Shown: one piece after another, positions 1-11,765 of the stretch
Position numbering within the stretch: the stretch's first letter is position 1
Layout of the letters: each line of letters opens with the position of its first letter
Origin: Fistulifera solaris
Taxonomy: Eukaryota
Assembly: GCA_030295235.1 (NCBI GenBank)
Contig: AP026139.1
Location: 496,001 to 560,000 of the forward strand
Direction: 5' to 3'
DNA: 64,000 bases
The notes under the pieces: generated by a model
Database searches by the model: none
Seen by the model: the letters and a program-made list of their open reading frames with translations, nothing else
Told to the model about the DNA's origin: nothing
Translations under genes and position numbers: made by a program

Positions 1-498
1 TGTTCGTACGATAGTAGCGACTTTGGCAACTACTTCGTATTTTTCTACGTCTTCTGGTAAAGGAAAGCTTCGCACCGTGGCATCCAGAACCGAATCGATG
101 ATCCGCTGTCGTTCCTTGGCAAGTAATTTGACGTACATAAAATTGACTTTTCCCAGGTACTGGGTCCGCTGAGAATCAATCAACTGCGATACTAAACGGG
201 CATACTTGAGTGCCTTGTCACAGGGATCGGCAAGATTCTGCTCCTTGTGACTACTATTTTGAACGACTTGCTCGAGTTGATGCGCCAAACTACGAAATGC
301 GCTGTACGTCTTGCTCAAGGCAAAGCTCGCAAATAATTCGGGCTCTTTCGGATAAACCAGTACGATAAAGTCACTTTCGACCGCCAAGCCACCATGAATG
401 CGATAATGATCACAGGCGACGACTTGCGCTTTGACTTGAGACTTCTCAAGCGCTATCTGCAAGGGATTGGGTGTATCTTTGCCAGCAGTCGCTACCAT
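1..498 (-). CDS. 5' part of a protein running off the window edge, possibly with a PX-like domain
   Basis: ATG at 498 opens a frame MVATAGKDTPNPLQIALEK...FALSKTYSAFRSLAHQLEQ... that stays open to position 1. KTYSAFRSLAHQL loosely resembles the PX RRYSDFxxLHxxL motif. Confidence 0.5.
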   Translation of the reverse strand, partial: MVATAGKDTPNPLQIALEKSQVKAQVVACDHYRIHGGLAVESDFIVLVYPKEPELFASFALSKTYSAFRSLAHQLEQVVQNSSHKEQNLADPCDKALKYARLVSQLIDSQRTQYLGKVNFMYVKLLAKERQRIIDSVLDATVRSFPLPEDVEKYEVVAKVATIVRT

Positions 499-921
499 TT
501 TAAGTGATGCACGTTTTTATAACAAACTTATTAGAGTATCAAGTGGGTTTGCGTAGACAATACTTTGACTTGCAACTCGGATAGCGTTCTGAGAGAATGT
601 ATCAAGTTGATGCACCGCGAACGCATCTTTCCGAACATCCGGTTTTCATCAAAGCCGTGCCTTTATCGCGCCAAAAAAGTCGAATTTCTCTTCAATATGT
701 AAAACATGTAAATAACATATGAATTGTCGCAGCGATATCAATGACGGTTTGCGGTCTGTCTTCTCGCCACAGCAAACGATCGCGAAACCCAGCACCATCG
801 CATCTTCACTCGCCATAATCGACATTGACATCCGGCAAATTCCGAAACGCATCGTTGAGACAAATATTGGCATTGATTCTGTCTTTTCACCACACAACAA
901 CAACAACAACAACCAAGAAAC

Positions 922-1356
922 ATGAGTGACGACGAAGACCCCATCGGCTCGGGCGGAGGCTTTGACAATGAAGGAGGAGTATTCGAAGACGATCAGCCCG
1001 AAGCGGCCGAAGACGACGAAGTGCAATCGGATGAAGAAGGTTTGGATGTAACGGGAGAGCACACGAGTATTGTGGGTGTCGGGGAAGGAACCGAGGGAGG
1101 AGGTCGGAGTGTAGCGGCGGCGGAGCGGATCACGACACGCTATTTAACCAAATATGAGAAAGCACGCGTCCTCGGAACGCGTGCCTTGCAAATCAGCATG
1201 AATGCGCCCGTCATGGTCGATTTGGATGGAGAGACGGATCCTTTGAAAATTGCCGAGAAGGAACTTCGAGAACGAAAAATTCCCATCATTATCCGAAGGT
1301 ACATGCCAGACGGCAGTCACGAAGACTGGGCGGTCGATGAGCTAATAGTCGATTGA
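922..1356 (+). CDS. RPB6: RNA polymerase I/II/III common subunit RPB6 (RPABC2)
   Basis: Acidic N-terminus followed by [28 protein letters not shown]...[17 protein letters not shown], the canonical RPB6 sequence. Confidence 0.97.
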   Translation: MSDDEDPIGSGGGFDNEGGVFEDDQPEAAEDDEVQSDEEGLDVTGEHTSIVGVGEGTEGGGRSVAAAERITTRYLTKYEKARVLGTRALQISMNAPVMVDLDGETDPLKIAEKELRERKIPIIIRRYMPDGSHEDWAVDELIVD

Positions 1357-2038
1357 AAGACTGGTTAAAACGGACGTGTTATTTTGTGTAGTCTATTGTT
1401 CCGTTTTAAAAGCAGTAGCCCAGCTGGTAGTTTTCTGTACGACGTCGCTCAGAAATTGTCGACAAGAAATATCACAAGATGACAATGGCAGACGCTTCGA
1501 AGAGTACAATTATTCTTGCAAACGCGTTCACACTTGCATTGTCGCACAAGGGTCTATCTAAATCGGATCGTTGTAAGGCTAGATGAGACAATGCCGTCTT
1601 TTCAGTCTCCGACCGAGGTCAACTTCACCCGCAGTGCGGTTTTCTGACGAGCACATCGGAAAGGCGCTCCGTTATTAACTCCATTTCTAGGTGTGTGGAT
1701 TTGACTTGTTAGTTTCGATGTGAACAAGCTCTACTAGACGTAACATAAAATGCAAAGAAAAAACTTAGAGAAGAAATAAATGCCCTCCCTCTCTAAATGG
1801 CTGATGGAATCTGGAATCTGAAGAAGAGAATTAGGGACATTGCCAATGATGCTTTCATCGTTCATCGAAGTTCGCCGTCTTTTTTTCAGACCCGTAACCC
1901 TCGTATCGTCTTGCCTCATCGCAAACGTCCGTCATTCGTGTTTCGCGTCCTTTTTTCATATTATTATTATTTCGGGGTCCTCCCTTTTCTGGTCGCCAAA
2001 CGCAATGCCAATGATAAATAGAATAAACTACCAGCCCC

Positions 2039-3184
2039 ATGGATCAACGACAGTCACATAATAGTAATATACCACACGAAACCTTTCAACCCGAACTTGT
2101 ATGGGCGGCTACCAAGCCTACCAATGCGGTCGTTCTACGGAGCGATCCTCACGAAACGCCACCGCCCGTGTATTTGCTACGACAAGAACAATCACGCGAA
2201 GCGTATGCTTTGATACCCGACAAGGAACCGATTCAAAATCATCGTCATTGGGGTGATATTGTCTTTGCGGTAGTGTACGATGGCGTCGGTGATCCAGGTT
2301 CCCGGGTCTTTCAAGCACCGTCCGAACACAGCGCACGGTTTGTCGCCATTAAACGATTGCGATTGGCCGCGGTCGACGAATATTTACAAAAAGGCGGATC
2401 GGAGAATCCGTATCGGGATATTTGTCGTATGCGAGACATGGGTGACAACATTCATGTATTGCAATGCATCGATGCGTTAAGGGATGACGACTTTTTGTAC
2501 ATTGTCACGCCGAAAGCCTGTGAGCTGGGGACTTTGCAAGATGCTACCTTTGGTGGGTCGGAACCGATGGATCGGAATCGAGCGAAAATGTTGTTTCGGA
2601 AAATTCTACAAATTCTTTCGTATTTGGATTCATTTGACATTTCGCACCGCGATTTTACACCCGACAATTTTATTTTTCTCACGCCCGACAATTTGGTGGT
2701 CTTTGATTTGGCTATGAGTCATAGAATACCGCGGAATGAACAGGGCGAGCGCATTCTGGCGACACCACAGGATACAATCTTTGGATCTTTTGGTTACATA
2801 GCACCCGAAATCGCCATGAGTCGTATGTTTGATGGCCTCGCCGCGGATTTGTGGTCCGCGTCGGTCATCCTCTACAACCTCTTGACGAGTCGACCACTGT
2901 ATCGATTTCCTCATCCCAGTGATATTTTCTTCCGTTACAACATTTTAGCACAAGCGGCATTTTCTCCGGCACTCAATGAACGCGCCATTGAAGTATTGGA
3001 GGGTGTTTCCGAACACGACGAATTCTTTAGCATGTTGATGAAAAATGTCATGGCCAATCTCAATTACATTGGTCCATCGTCCGCCGAACTTTTAAAGCAT
3101 TCGTTCGAAATTGATCCCCAATTTCGATGGACGCTTCGACAAGTCATGCAATCGCAATATGTACAACACATGGATGCCATGTAG
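2039..3184 (+). CDS. Ser/Thr protein kinase with divergent motifs
   Basis: VAIK, HRDFTPDN catalytic loop, DLA in place of DFG, GSFGYIAPE and DLWSASVILY. Confidence 0.88.
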   Translation: MDQRQSHNSNIPHETFQPELVWAATKPTNAVVLRSDPHETPPPVYLLRQEQSREAYALIPDKEPIQNHRHWGDIVFAVVYDGVGDPGSRVFQAPSEHSARFVAIKRLRLAAVDEYLQKGGSENPYRDICRMRDMGDNIHVLQCIDALRDDDFLYIVTPKACELGTLQDATFGGSEPMDRNRAKMLFRKILQILSYLDSFDISHRDFTPDNFIFLTPDNLVVFDLAMSHRIPRNEQGERILATPQDTIFGSFGYIAPEIAMSRMFDGLAADLWSASVILYNLLTSRPLYRFPHPSDIFFRYNILAQAAFSPALNERAIEVLEGVSEHDEFFSMLMKNVMANLNYIGPSSAELLKHSFEIDPQFRWTLRQVMQSQYVQHMDAM

Positions 3185-3317
3185 TGAAATCGTGTCGATA
3201 CATGAAAATTCACCAAGGCATTCATTCTTCTACACTCGGCAATTTTCTTTCATTGAATTACGATCGTTCATACAATCAAGCTAGCAACGAATTTACTCAT
3301 TTTAAAATAGTAATTGT

Positions 3318-3759
3318 TTAATTTTCCCAGCCTTTTCCCCATGGTCTTTGCCACCACCATTTCGATTCCTTGTCAATGTGCTTGCCTCTGTCCAAGAAAG
3401 AAAAACGTGTGAGTTTGGTTTGTCACAACTAGTCTACTAAAATTTACACAATCAACGTACGCCACAAATCCCTCTTTCTCTTTTCGTAAATCATATTCAC
3501 GGGCTCCCTGCACTTGCTTATCGGGACTGAATCCCAAATCATCCAAGTTTTCGCGGGCCATGAGTTGATGATCCATCCGACATTGCAAATAGTCGCGACT
3601 GAGATCACGACATTTGTGATGGACATCCTTTTCTGCTTTGAGGCATATTAAATAATCTTCCATTTTCGATTTGCAGGATGCTTCATGATCGAGAGGAAAG
3701 ATGCCCCGTTGGGGTGGCCGTACGACCTGTTTGCCGGATCCCATGCTAATGGAGGACAT
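3318..3759 (-). CDS. COX19: Cytochrome c oxidase assembly factor COX19 (twin CX9C), with one intron at about 3389-3459
   Basis: PPQRGIFPLDH..C..YLIC...CRDLSRDYLQCRMDHQLM...LGF. A gtacgt...acag intron joins to GKHIDKESKWWWQRPWGKGWEN*. Confidence 0.9.
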
Positions 3760-4112
3760 TTTGATCGTTGGTTTGCTGCTTTTATTTAAAGTATCTGTTC
3801 CTAGTATATTGTATTGTATTGCTTGCTAATTTTCTTCTTTCTGTGAAATGAAGGTGTACTGATTCTTCTTGTCGACATAATTATTATTACACTTATCATC
3901 GTCAACAAGAACATCGTCATTATCATCTTTTCCGTAGTGGCGCGAAAGGAAACTAAAAGCGGTACTGAGCACGTTTCAATGATACCAGATTATTCTCCCT
4001 CCAAGGCGCGGAGCGCGCCATCCGAACCAGGACACCCCCAAACCCCAAAATGCAACCATTTGACACAAATATTACTTGTACAGCAACAAATGACACAATT
4101 CACTCCGCTCTT

Positions 4113-4192
4113 TTCTTCTTCTTCTTCTTCTTCTTCTTCTTCTTCTTCTTCTTCTTCTTCTTCTTCTTCTTCTTCTTCTTCTTCTTCTTCTT
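4113..4192. repeat. (TTC)n microsatellite, about 26 copies
   Basis: Perfect trinucleotide run, directly visible. Confidence 0.97.
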
Positions 4193-4229
4193 GCCAAGTA
4201 AAAAAACCAAGCAAAATTGGATAAAACCA

Positions 4230-5507
4230 ATGGAAACAACCAAAGATATGAACTGGATGACTTGTACACCTGACGAACTCCAATCGTGGCTTTTACAGTA
4301 TCGATTTCGCGACGAACCATCGGCCGCCCTGGAGTTTGTACAGCAAACGATGGGGTTGCTGAAGAACAAGATTACCCAACCCATCACACCCGAATTCTCA
4401 CCCGATCTGGGGAGCCATCTTGTTGAAAAATAGTGATCATCATTTGGAAGTGTCGTTAACAACACCGCGCGTCAAAATGGCTTGGGCCTGTTACGAATAC
4501 GGGATGCGATTTACCGATAAGAAAGGAGAATCGATGGTTGTCCGTCACGTTAAGCACATGGTCGTCTTTCCCAAACCGGAAGATTGCAACAAAAACAAGA
4601 ATGTAACGGATATGGTCTTATTGATTCCGGATGACCAAGTAGTTACCTATAAAACAAAGCCCCAAACGCAAATTTGTTTTTCATTGCCGGCGGTGACGCC
4701 CGATTGGGACAATGAAGATAGCGACGGATTGGACCCTCACGGATCAATGGATTGCGGTATTGTGCCGTTCTTGCCACTATGATGTCGCTAACGCCGCCGT
4801 GTTCTCAATCCGGCAATGGAAACGACGACAGCCTTTTGGAGATACCAATTTCAATCGCATCAAGACGGCGACGAGTACAACGACCGGGGGTATGCCGTTT
4901 GTGAAATGTTACTACGGCGTCCAGGATGGGGCCTTGTATCCCTTGTTGGAAGGACTCTTGTTCTTTAAGCCGCCTCTCTTCATTCCTCGGTCGGAAATGG
5001 AATCGATTGGTTGTGGACGGGATGGAGGTCGCTATGTGGATTTGCAAGTCACCGTGGCGGGCCAGCAAGTCGACTTTACAAATATTCAACGAGCCGAAAT
5101 CAATGAACTGCGGGATTATATTCATCAAAAGTTGATTCCGGCCATGCAAAGGGATGTCAGCGAGTCGTCGCCGCCAATGAAACAAACAGTGAGTGATGCA
5201 TCGGAGCAGCCAGAGGAAGATGAGAGAACATCCGAGGATCGACCTCGAAAACGACGCAAAGCCAGTCTCGAAGCGGAAGCAGTCAATCGACAAGCGGTGG
5301 GAGCTCAAGTGAATGAGGACGACGGCGGCGGCGACGGCGGCGATGATGATGATGAGGACGATATAGACTACGATGCTGGAATGAATGATGCGGTGGATGA
5401 AGAGAACGACGGCGATGATGATGGCGATGATGATTCGGGAGGAGGAGGACTTTAAAGACCAAGAAGCAGAAACAGAAACCGAAAGTGAAGGAGATGAAGA
5501 AGATTAG
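4230..5507 (+). CDS. Rtt106/SSRP1-like PH-domain histone chaperone with acidic tail (frameshifted in the assembly)
   Basis: Joined ORFs 4230-4433, 4420-4782 and 4712-5455. VKCYYGVQDGALYPLLEGLLFFKPPLFIPRSEM...VDFTNIQRAE resembles the Rtt106 PH domain, followed by a KRRKA NLS-like motif and a D/E tail. Confidence 0.75.
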
Positions 5508-5539
5508 ACAAATCGAATACTCCGTAAAATTTTTAAATA

Positions 5540-6277
5540 TTAGGCACCCGTCAAGATTAATGCCAGAATAGGAAGAAAGACAGCACCCACTCCAACAAAG
5601 TATGCTACTGGAAATATATCACGTGCTAGTTGTTGTACTGCCAACACACCTAGATATACGGCTCCCACGTAAAATGGAAAGAATTGCAGAAACCCTTTGA
5701 GCTCATTCATGTGAAAGGGATCGAGTTTCATGCGTAGAAATTCAAAGCCCAACTGCTCTTCTTCATTCCATTGATTAGCCTGTACTCCGGCTTTCCGTGA
5801 CTGCAGGATCGCTTCCACCAATCGCTCCTTTTCCGACTCGGTAAGAAGAGTCAACCCTGGATTGTAGATGGAGGTATCCTCGTCGGCAATATATCCTCGA
5901 TCAAGCTGCACTCCTTTGTAGTTGATCGATCCACCGACTCCTTTCCCTTCGGTAATGATTTCGTTAATATTTTCAAAGGCTTTGAAAGTCGCTTCCGAGT
6001 TCCCCGAGGACGATTTCAATTGCTTAATGGCATCTTTGACGGTTTCACTCGCGTAATCGGACGCCTCGTAGGCCACTGCCGGGTTGCTTCCGATGAGAAG
6101 AGCAGCAGTAGCTAGAACAGCAGAATTTTTACGCAAAACCTCCAATTGATTATCTCTCGACGCTTTCAAAGGAAAAATACCTCGTCGGCTTGCTCGCGTT
6201 TGGAAAGCGCATCCAAATTGCATCGTACATCCGATGCACAGAATGGTGAATTGCGTGGATAATTTCATGATGGCCAT
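5540..6277 (-). CDS. Plastid-targeted, probably thylakoid, membrane protein of unknown function
   Basis: Signal peptide ending GCA|FQT, basic transit peptide, a second hydrophobic segment ending PAVA, and two C-terminal hydrophobic helices. Confidence 0.75.
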   Translation of the reverse strand: MAIMKLSTQFTILCIGCTMQFGCAFQTRASRRGIFPLKASRDNQLEVLRKNSAVLATAALLIGSNPAVAYEASDYASETVKDAIKQLKSSSGNSEATFKAFENINEIITEGKGVGGSINYKGVQLDRGYIADEDTSIYNPGLTLLTESEKERLVEAILQSRKAGVQANQWNEEEQLGFEFLRMKLDPFHMNELKGFLQFFPFYVGAVYLGVLAVQQLARDIFPVAYFVGVGAVFLPILALILTGA

Positions 6278-7109
6278 AAAAAGAAGAAAAGACCCAATGA
6301 CAATGTGGGGCTGTTTATTTAGAATGAAAGATAACGTATAGAATGATTAATGAATACGAATGATACTATATCGTTTGTGGGATACATGCAACAACAGCCA
6401 TCATCGTCAAAGTGCGAAAGCTGCAAAAGCTGTTGAAGCTGACGGATAGTAGACGCAGTTCTTTCGCCATTAAGGTTAGCATTTTCTGCAGAAACTGCTC
6501 ACGCCTTATTGTTGCGATCCAGTCGTGGCCGATAGTAATTGCAACCTGAAATCTCTGTTCGTTCTGAAACCGTACAAATCTAAACTGTCGTTATTAGAAA
6601 ATCACCATCAGCATCATTTGCAATGCACTCCTCGATGATTCTTGATGTCGGGAATCCTTGCGGATCGTCGTTTTCGCGCCAGTGTACAAATATACAGATC
6701 TAAAGTGTCCGCGATTGGAGACACGGGAACGCACCACTGCTTAGTACATTTCTCTACGGGGGCCTACGTGAGTGTACACTTTTTCCCGCACCTTCCTTGA
6801 GACTTTTTTGCCACGACTGCATCGCAGTCATGAACCAAGATTTTTCCGGCACTAACCAACGGAATGTTGCGTACAGTGTGCATCAGAAATCTTTTCTACT
6901 GGTATTTCTGTATTTATAAGGGAAACAGAATCTTAATAGTATAAAACAACTTATGACTCTGGCCGGCGACTAATTTGAAATTTCTTCCATTTTCGTCGCG
7001 ACAAGACAATTTCTTCTCTCACTCGATGATGCAAGGATAATAAGGATCGATGTGTAACTTCAACAAGATAATTGATGATTGAATGTGACAAATCTTCTTC
7101 ACGACAACA

Positions 7110-8435
7110 ATGAAACATTCTAGGGTCAGATTCAAGATAAGACTTGCGTCATATATTACAGGCTTTCTCCTCGTATGGACGAATGCCTTTTGGCACTCTC
7201 TGCAAATGATAGAAATCGACGATTATGGAGTACATACCGGGGCAACGTTTCCTCGAAACAGTCAAATGACCTGGAGCGACAACAGAAACAATAAGACGGT
7301 TGCTGATCGTATTCGTTTGGATTCGATCGTGCATGATATCATCCGTCCAGACCAGAAAGAGCCAAAGCCTTCTACAAAAACAACTGAACACGACAATACC
7401 CAAAGAGCTGTAAATTTTGAACGTGAAACTGAAGACTCCATTGCCAAGCAAGATTCACTACCTCTATGGATGGAAAATTACTTTGAGTGGCATTCCCAGA
7501 CTCTTTCCAAATTGAACGAGTCCAATTATCAAGACCAAAAGTATTTTCTACTGCGGTGTCTTAACATTGATAACAAATGTGGCGGTGCATCCGATCGTCT
7601 GCAAACCATTCCTGCCATGGTACTGGCAGCGTACCGAATGCAGCGCCTGATCTTTATCAAATGGGAGAGACCATACCCACTGGAAGAGTTTCTCTCGCCG
7701 GGTGGTTTGAACTGGACTTTGCCAACTTGGTTGGATCAAACATTTACGTACCAGCCAAGGCTAGAAATTGTAAACGAAGTGCATTTACGACACGCGGAAC
7801 AAAGCAGTAAACAGTTGATACAAGCGCGCTTTCAAGCAGCTGATTATGGGGCAACTTATTACAACGATTACCGACCTGATGGGCCCCTTTTCGACGATGT
7901 CTTTCATGATTGTTGGGAACGTCTGTTTAAGCCTTCCCCTGCAGTGGCCTCCCTCGTTGTAGAATCGATGTTCAAACTAGGTTTAAGTCCGGGGGAATAT
8001 GCTGCAGTGCACATACGATCCAAGTATTTGACAGAAAAAGTCGAAAGTCTTTCTCTCATCCAGAATGCCGTCAATTGCGGATCTCAACTAAGTCATGGAA
8101 AACCAATCTACATTGCAGCAGATGACAATCGTGCGATTGAGTATGCCATTGCGTATGGCTCGTCGAAAGGGGGAGTTGTAGTCGGCCGGACGGGTGAGTA
8201 TCCTATACTACACCTCGACCGAGGACCTGACTTCTTAGCCAACAGTCCAGCCGAACCCAACACGTTCCAGCCGTCGGCGTATTACCAAGCCTTTGTCGAC
8301 TTTTACATGCTCGCGTTTAGTAGCTGCTTATCTTTGCACAAAGGCGGATTTGGTCGTTGGGCGCAATTAATGATGAAGCACACCTCGTGTGTCACAAACC
8401 ACGGACAGCTTGCTTGTCGTTGGGCCGAAAACTGA
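7110..8435 (+). CDS. Type II membrane glycosyltransferase, fucosyltransferase-like (GT-B)
   Basis: N-terminal TM, CGGASDRL, YAAVHIRS, IYIAADD and AFVDFYML..S..GGFG resemble alpha-1,2/1,6/O-fucosyltransferase motifs. Confidence 0.7.
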   Translation: MKHSRVRFKIRLASYITGFLLVWTNAFWHSLQMIEIDDYGVHTGATFPRNSQMTWSDNRNNKTVADRIRLDSIVHDIIRPDQKEPKPSTKTTEHDNTQRAVNFERETEDSIAKQDSLPLWMENYFEWHSQTLSKLNESNYQDQKYFLLRCLNIDNKCGGASDRLQTIPAMVLAAYRMQRLIFIKWERPYPLEEFLSPGGLNWTLPTWLDQTFTYQPRLEIVNEVHLRHAEQSSKQLIQARFQAADYGATYYNDYRPDGPLFDDVFHDCWERLFKPSPAVASLVVESMFKLGLSPGEYAAVHIRSKYLTEKVESLSLIQNAVNCGSQLSHGKPIYIAADDNRAIEYAIAYGSSKGGVVVGRTGEYPILHLDRGPDFLANSPAEPNTFQPSAYYQAFVDFYMLAFSSCLSLHKGGFGRWAQLMMKHTSCVTNHGQLACRWAEN

Positions 8436-8486
8436 GTTCTGTTGAATTAAAGGCCTGCTCTATTAGCAGTTCTAACGTAGTCTACG

Positions 8487-10004
8487 TCATTGCCGGGAAT
8501 GAGACGTAAGTTTACTGACATAATGCCTGATTTGAACCAACATTGCTGCTACTGCGTCTGGATACTGTAGTGCATTATCTTCTTGTCCGTAAGAGAATAA
8601 CTGAGCTAATTCTGATATTCTCTGTTGTTTGGCTGATATCTCTTCGGGATGGTTGATGATCAATTCCTCCAGCCTCGCAAGCATGCAATCCATTCCGCAG
8701 GTACTGTTGACAGTGACAACAAGGTCATGATAATCAATCCCCATATCAGGTTCGCCTAGAAACATCCCCTTGGCAAACGGGTAGCTGAGTCGAATGGACG
8801 TTTCGTGCTTTTTGAAGAATGATGGATACCCTTCTTCTTTGGAGGAAGCGTACTCGATAACGACTGGGATGCAGCCACTCATGAGAACATCAAAGAAACG
8901 CTTTTGCGCCGGGGTGTTACCCCTTAGACAAGGGCAGAATATACTTTCTCGATATTTTTCCAATATAGCAGTCTCATTGTCCATCATGCGGTTGTTTAAG
9001 TGCCCGACATAGACGGGAAGACCTCCCATGGTGGTGTTGTTGGCTTGCATTTTACTCAAAGCGTTGAGAAAATCATATCGCAATCGAAACGACCGTTCTC
9101 CAATATTTCCGCTCATGAAGGCTGTTACAGCATAACGACGGTCTTTCAAACCAGGTGTCAAATTCATATGGTTGGGTTGATAATCGGCATTCGTATTGAC
9201 ATATGGCTGCAGGATGTGACCACAATTTTCTCCGATGGGGCAGACATCGTGTGTCATTTCTAGAGAAAGCAAAAGAGGCATCCGCATCATGAATGGATGG
9301 TTGAAGTCTCGTTGTACCGAGGACAAGAAGACGTGCTTTTCCAGATTGTCGTCGGTCAAAAAGGAAGATTGGCCAACACGTGTTGTTGAATGTCAACTTC
9401 CTTGACGGCCCAACATTTGGCTTTGTCCGACACGCAAGCACAATGTGCAGTAGAGGGGTACGGTACCAGAAAAACATCTGCGTCTTGAGCATCAAAGGTA
9501 CGAGAAGACCCGCGATATTCGGTGAATAACTTGGATAAAACAACGTCACCATTGCGATTGAAGCGTCGGCTCGAGTACGAACTGGAGGAACTCTGCGTCT
9601 GTGAACATATTGAAGCCCCCAATCGCAATTGCTGGTTCGATTTCTAGGATTCGGGGGAGCATTTTGTACATGATGGAACCAATCTGGGACATTGTAGCGT
9701 TGTTCGATGCACGTCGAGAAATATTGCCACGTCCAATTCGAAGGAAGGCTGTCGTACACAAAAATCGAAATTCCTTCGGAAGCTCTTGCAGATACGGCTC
9801 GACTCGCTCCTCGGGTAGGAGAAGACGTACGACAGCTTCCATCGCTTTCGCTAACGACGTGTCATCGCTATTTGTTTTTCGCTTCGATGTGGTCATCGTT
9901 GTGGCGTTATCATCTCGAGCGACAAACAATCGTTCGTCTTGGAACAAAAGGAGGAGCACACTACATAGAATCAAGGCAATAGCTCCTTTCGTTATCCGCT
10001 TCAT
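8487..10004 (-). CDS. Exostosin-family glycosyltransferase (GT47), split by about 3 indels
   Basis: N-terminal TM, ADVFLVPY, and SIFCPCLRGNTPAQKRFFDVLMSGCIPVV (exostosin signature). Confidence 0.85.
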
Positions 10005-10293
10005 AACTAACGAGCTCTGTTAATTATTTAGACTCATGGTTTGGTCGGAAGCCTGTTTATTTTCTTCTTGGAAGCAAGTTGTTGCGAGAAAGTCATTTTT
10101 CAAGAGAGTCACAGCAAAAGATGTCGCAGCGCGGAAGGCTCACGGTGGATCATCATAATTATTTTTCGCGAGTGCCAGTACAATTAATAGGGGAGAGATA
10201 GTATTGGCATGACATAGAGATGAAATTTTATCATTTGTTATAAATCTTTCCTGATCCAGTAAATTTGTATTACTAGCACTTCGGTTGTCAGTC

Positions 10294-11765
10294 CTAAGCG
10301 GAATCATCATCGGTGATGGCACCGGTGTGCAAAGCATTCCCTGCCGACAGAAGCATGGAGGCTACTTCCAAAGATTTCGCCTTGCCCTTACCGTCGTCTA
10401 AAGCAGCAAAGAGTGTGTTTGCATCCCCATCCGTCATGCAACCAACTTTGCCTGAGCCAATAAGATCCTCGAATTGCACTTTGGACATGAACTCTCCGTA
10501 CTTCTCGATTTCAGTAATGATTTCGGCTCGTGAAAGTTGATTGGCTGATTTTGTCAAAGTGATGTGTCGAGCAATACGACTCGACATGGCGAGTCTATGG
10601 TTCCTTTGAGCTTGCTGCAAGGCATAAACATGATATGCCACGAATGCTAAGAACAGGAGTGCTGCACCAGCAGCAAACAGACCCAGTGCGAGACCTAGGT
10701 TCTCATCATCGTCGTGGAGATTGACGTCGACCGGTTCTTCTTTTGGGTCGCCGTCATTCATAATGAAAGTAGGAGCAAAGTCAACAATGGTGTCGCATTT
10801 CTCGCAGACACGGCAGCGGTGCACAATTTTGCGACCCATGAGAGGTTGCGGTGGGCGACTTGTGAAACCATCGCGTGAGGCAATCGTGGCATGTTGACAC
10901 GTTTCCGAGTCGACATAGCACAAAGTCAATTTGTAAAGACGATCCATTTGATTTCGTGAGATCAATGTCGGAGTATCAAGCACATTCCAGTTGACAATTT
11001 CTGTGCAGGGCGGTGTCGTCAAGCCCCCCTTGTAGGTATAGACACCGAATTTGGGAGTTGTAGGAAGCTCGTACAAATCCAATACTTCTTCGGGATTGGC
11101 GAAAGGAAGTTCCTCGATAAGATCAGTACCGACAGCAGGACAAGTGACACGTTGCTGAATCGCTTCAAATCCATTTTCCAACCGACGGCGATTTGCGTCA
11201 GCACATTCGGCTTCGGCTACGTTCGCTACCTTCTCCCATCCACGTAGCAAGTTTTCAATCGCTGCATGGTCTACAGCATCTTGACTGGATGATAGCATCA
11301 TACCAAAGACAGCAAACGACTCCCCGGTTACTTCTTGGTGGACGACATGTAACTCCGCTTCGTAAAAGTCACCGTCGATGGTATGCTCTGACGAAGTGTG
11401 CACATGAAAATGAAGTGCATCAAAGGCGTTTGATGAATGTGGTATAGTCATACTCCCAAGTGAACATCCCTCTCCCTTGGATACTTTGACACCGTGACTT
11501 CCAATACTGAAGATCAGATCATCCCACGTACAGTCACCCGGTTGAAAGGAATAGGCGCTCATATCGGTTTCGCACTCGTGTTGATCGGAAATCGCCACCG
11601 GCGATTGGCCATAGCCACTGGTCATGAGCGTTCCACCGCATTGATTGTCCTCGATGTGAAGATTGGCCCAATGACTGGTCCTGCTCCTCCTTCTTCGAAG
11701 TAGGTGAATTCGGTTCCCATCGCAACGCCGGAGACCAACAAGGAAATCTTCAAGAAGAGGTTCAT
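10294..11765 (-). CDS. Alpha-carbonic anhydrase, type I membrane protein with an EF-hand-like cytosolic tail
   Basis: True start is probably 11765 (MNLFLKISLLVSGVAMG, signal peptide; one indel near 11678). Motifs are GQSPV, HFHVHTSSEH, ELHVVH and YKGGLTTPPCTEIVNW, with TM LGLALGLFAAGAALLFLAFVAY. Confidence 0.88.

Noticed and set aside
3937..4465. ORFs with poly-S, poly-E, poly-F, poly-R or poly-K
   Set aside because: They are six-frame translations of the (TTC)n microsatellite.
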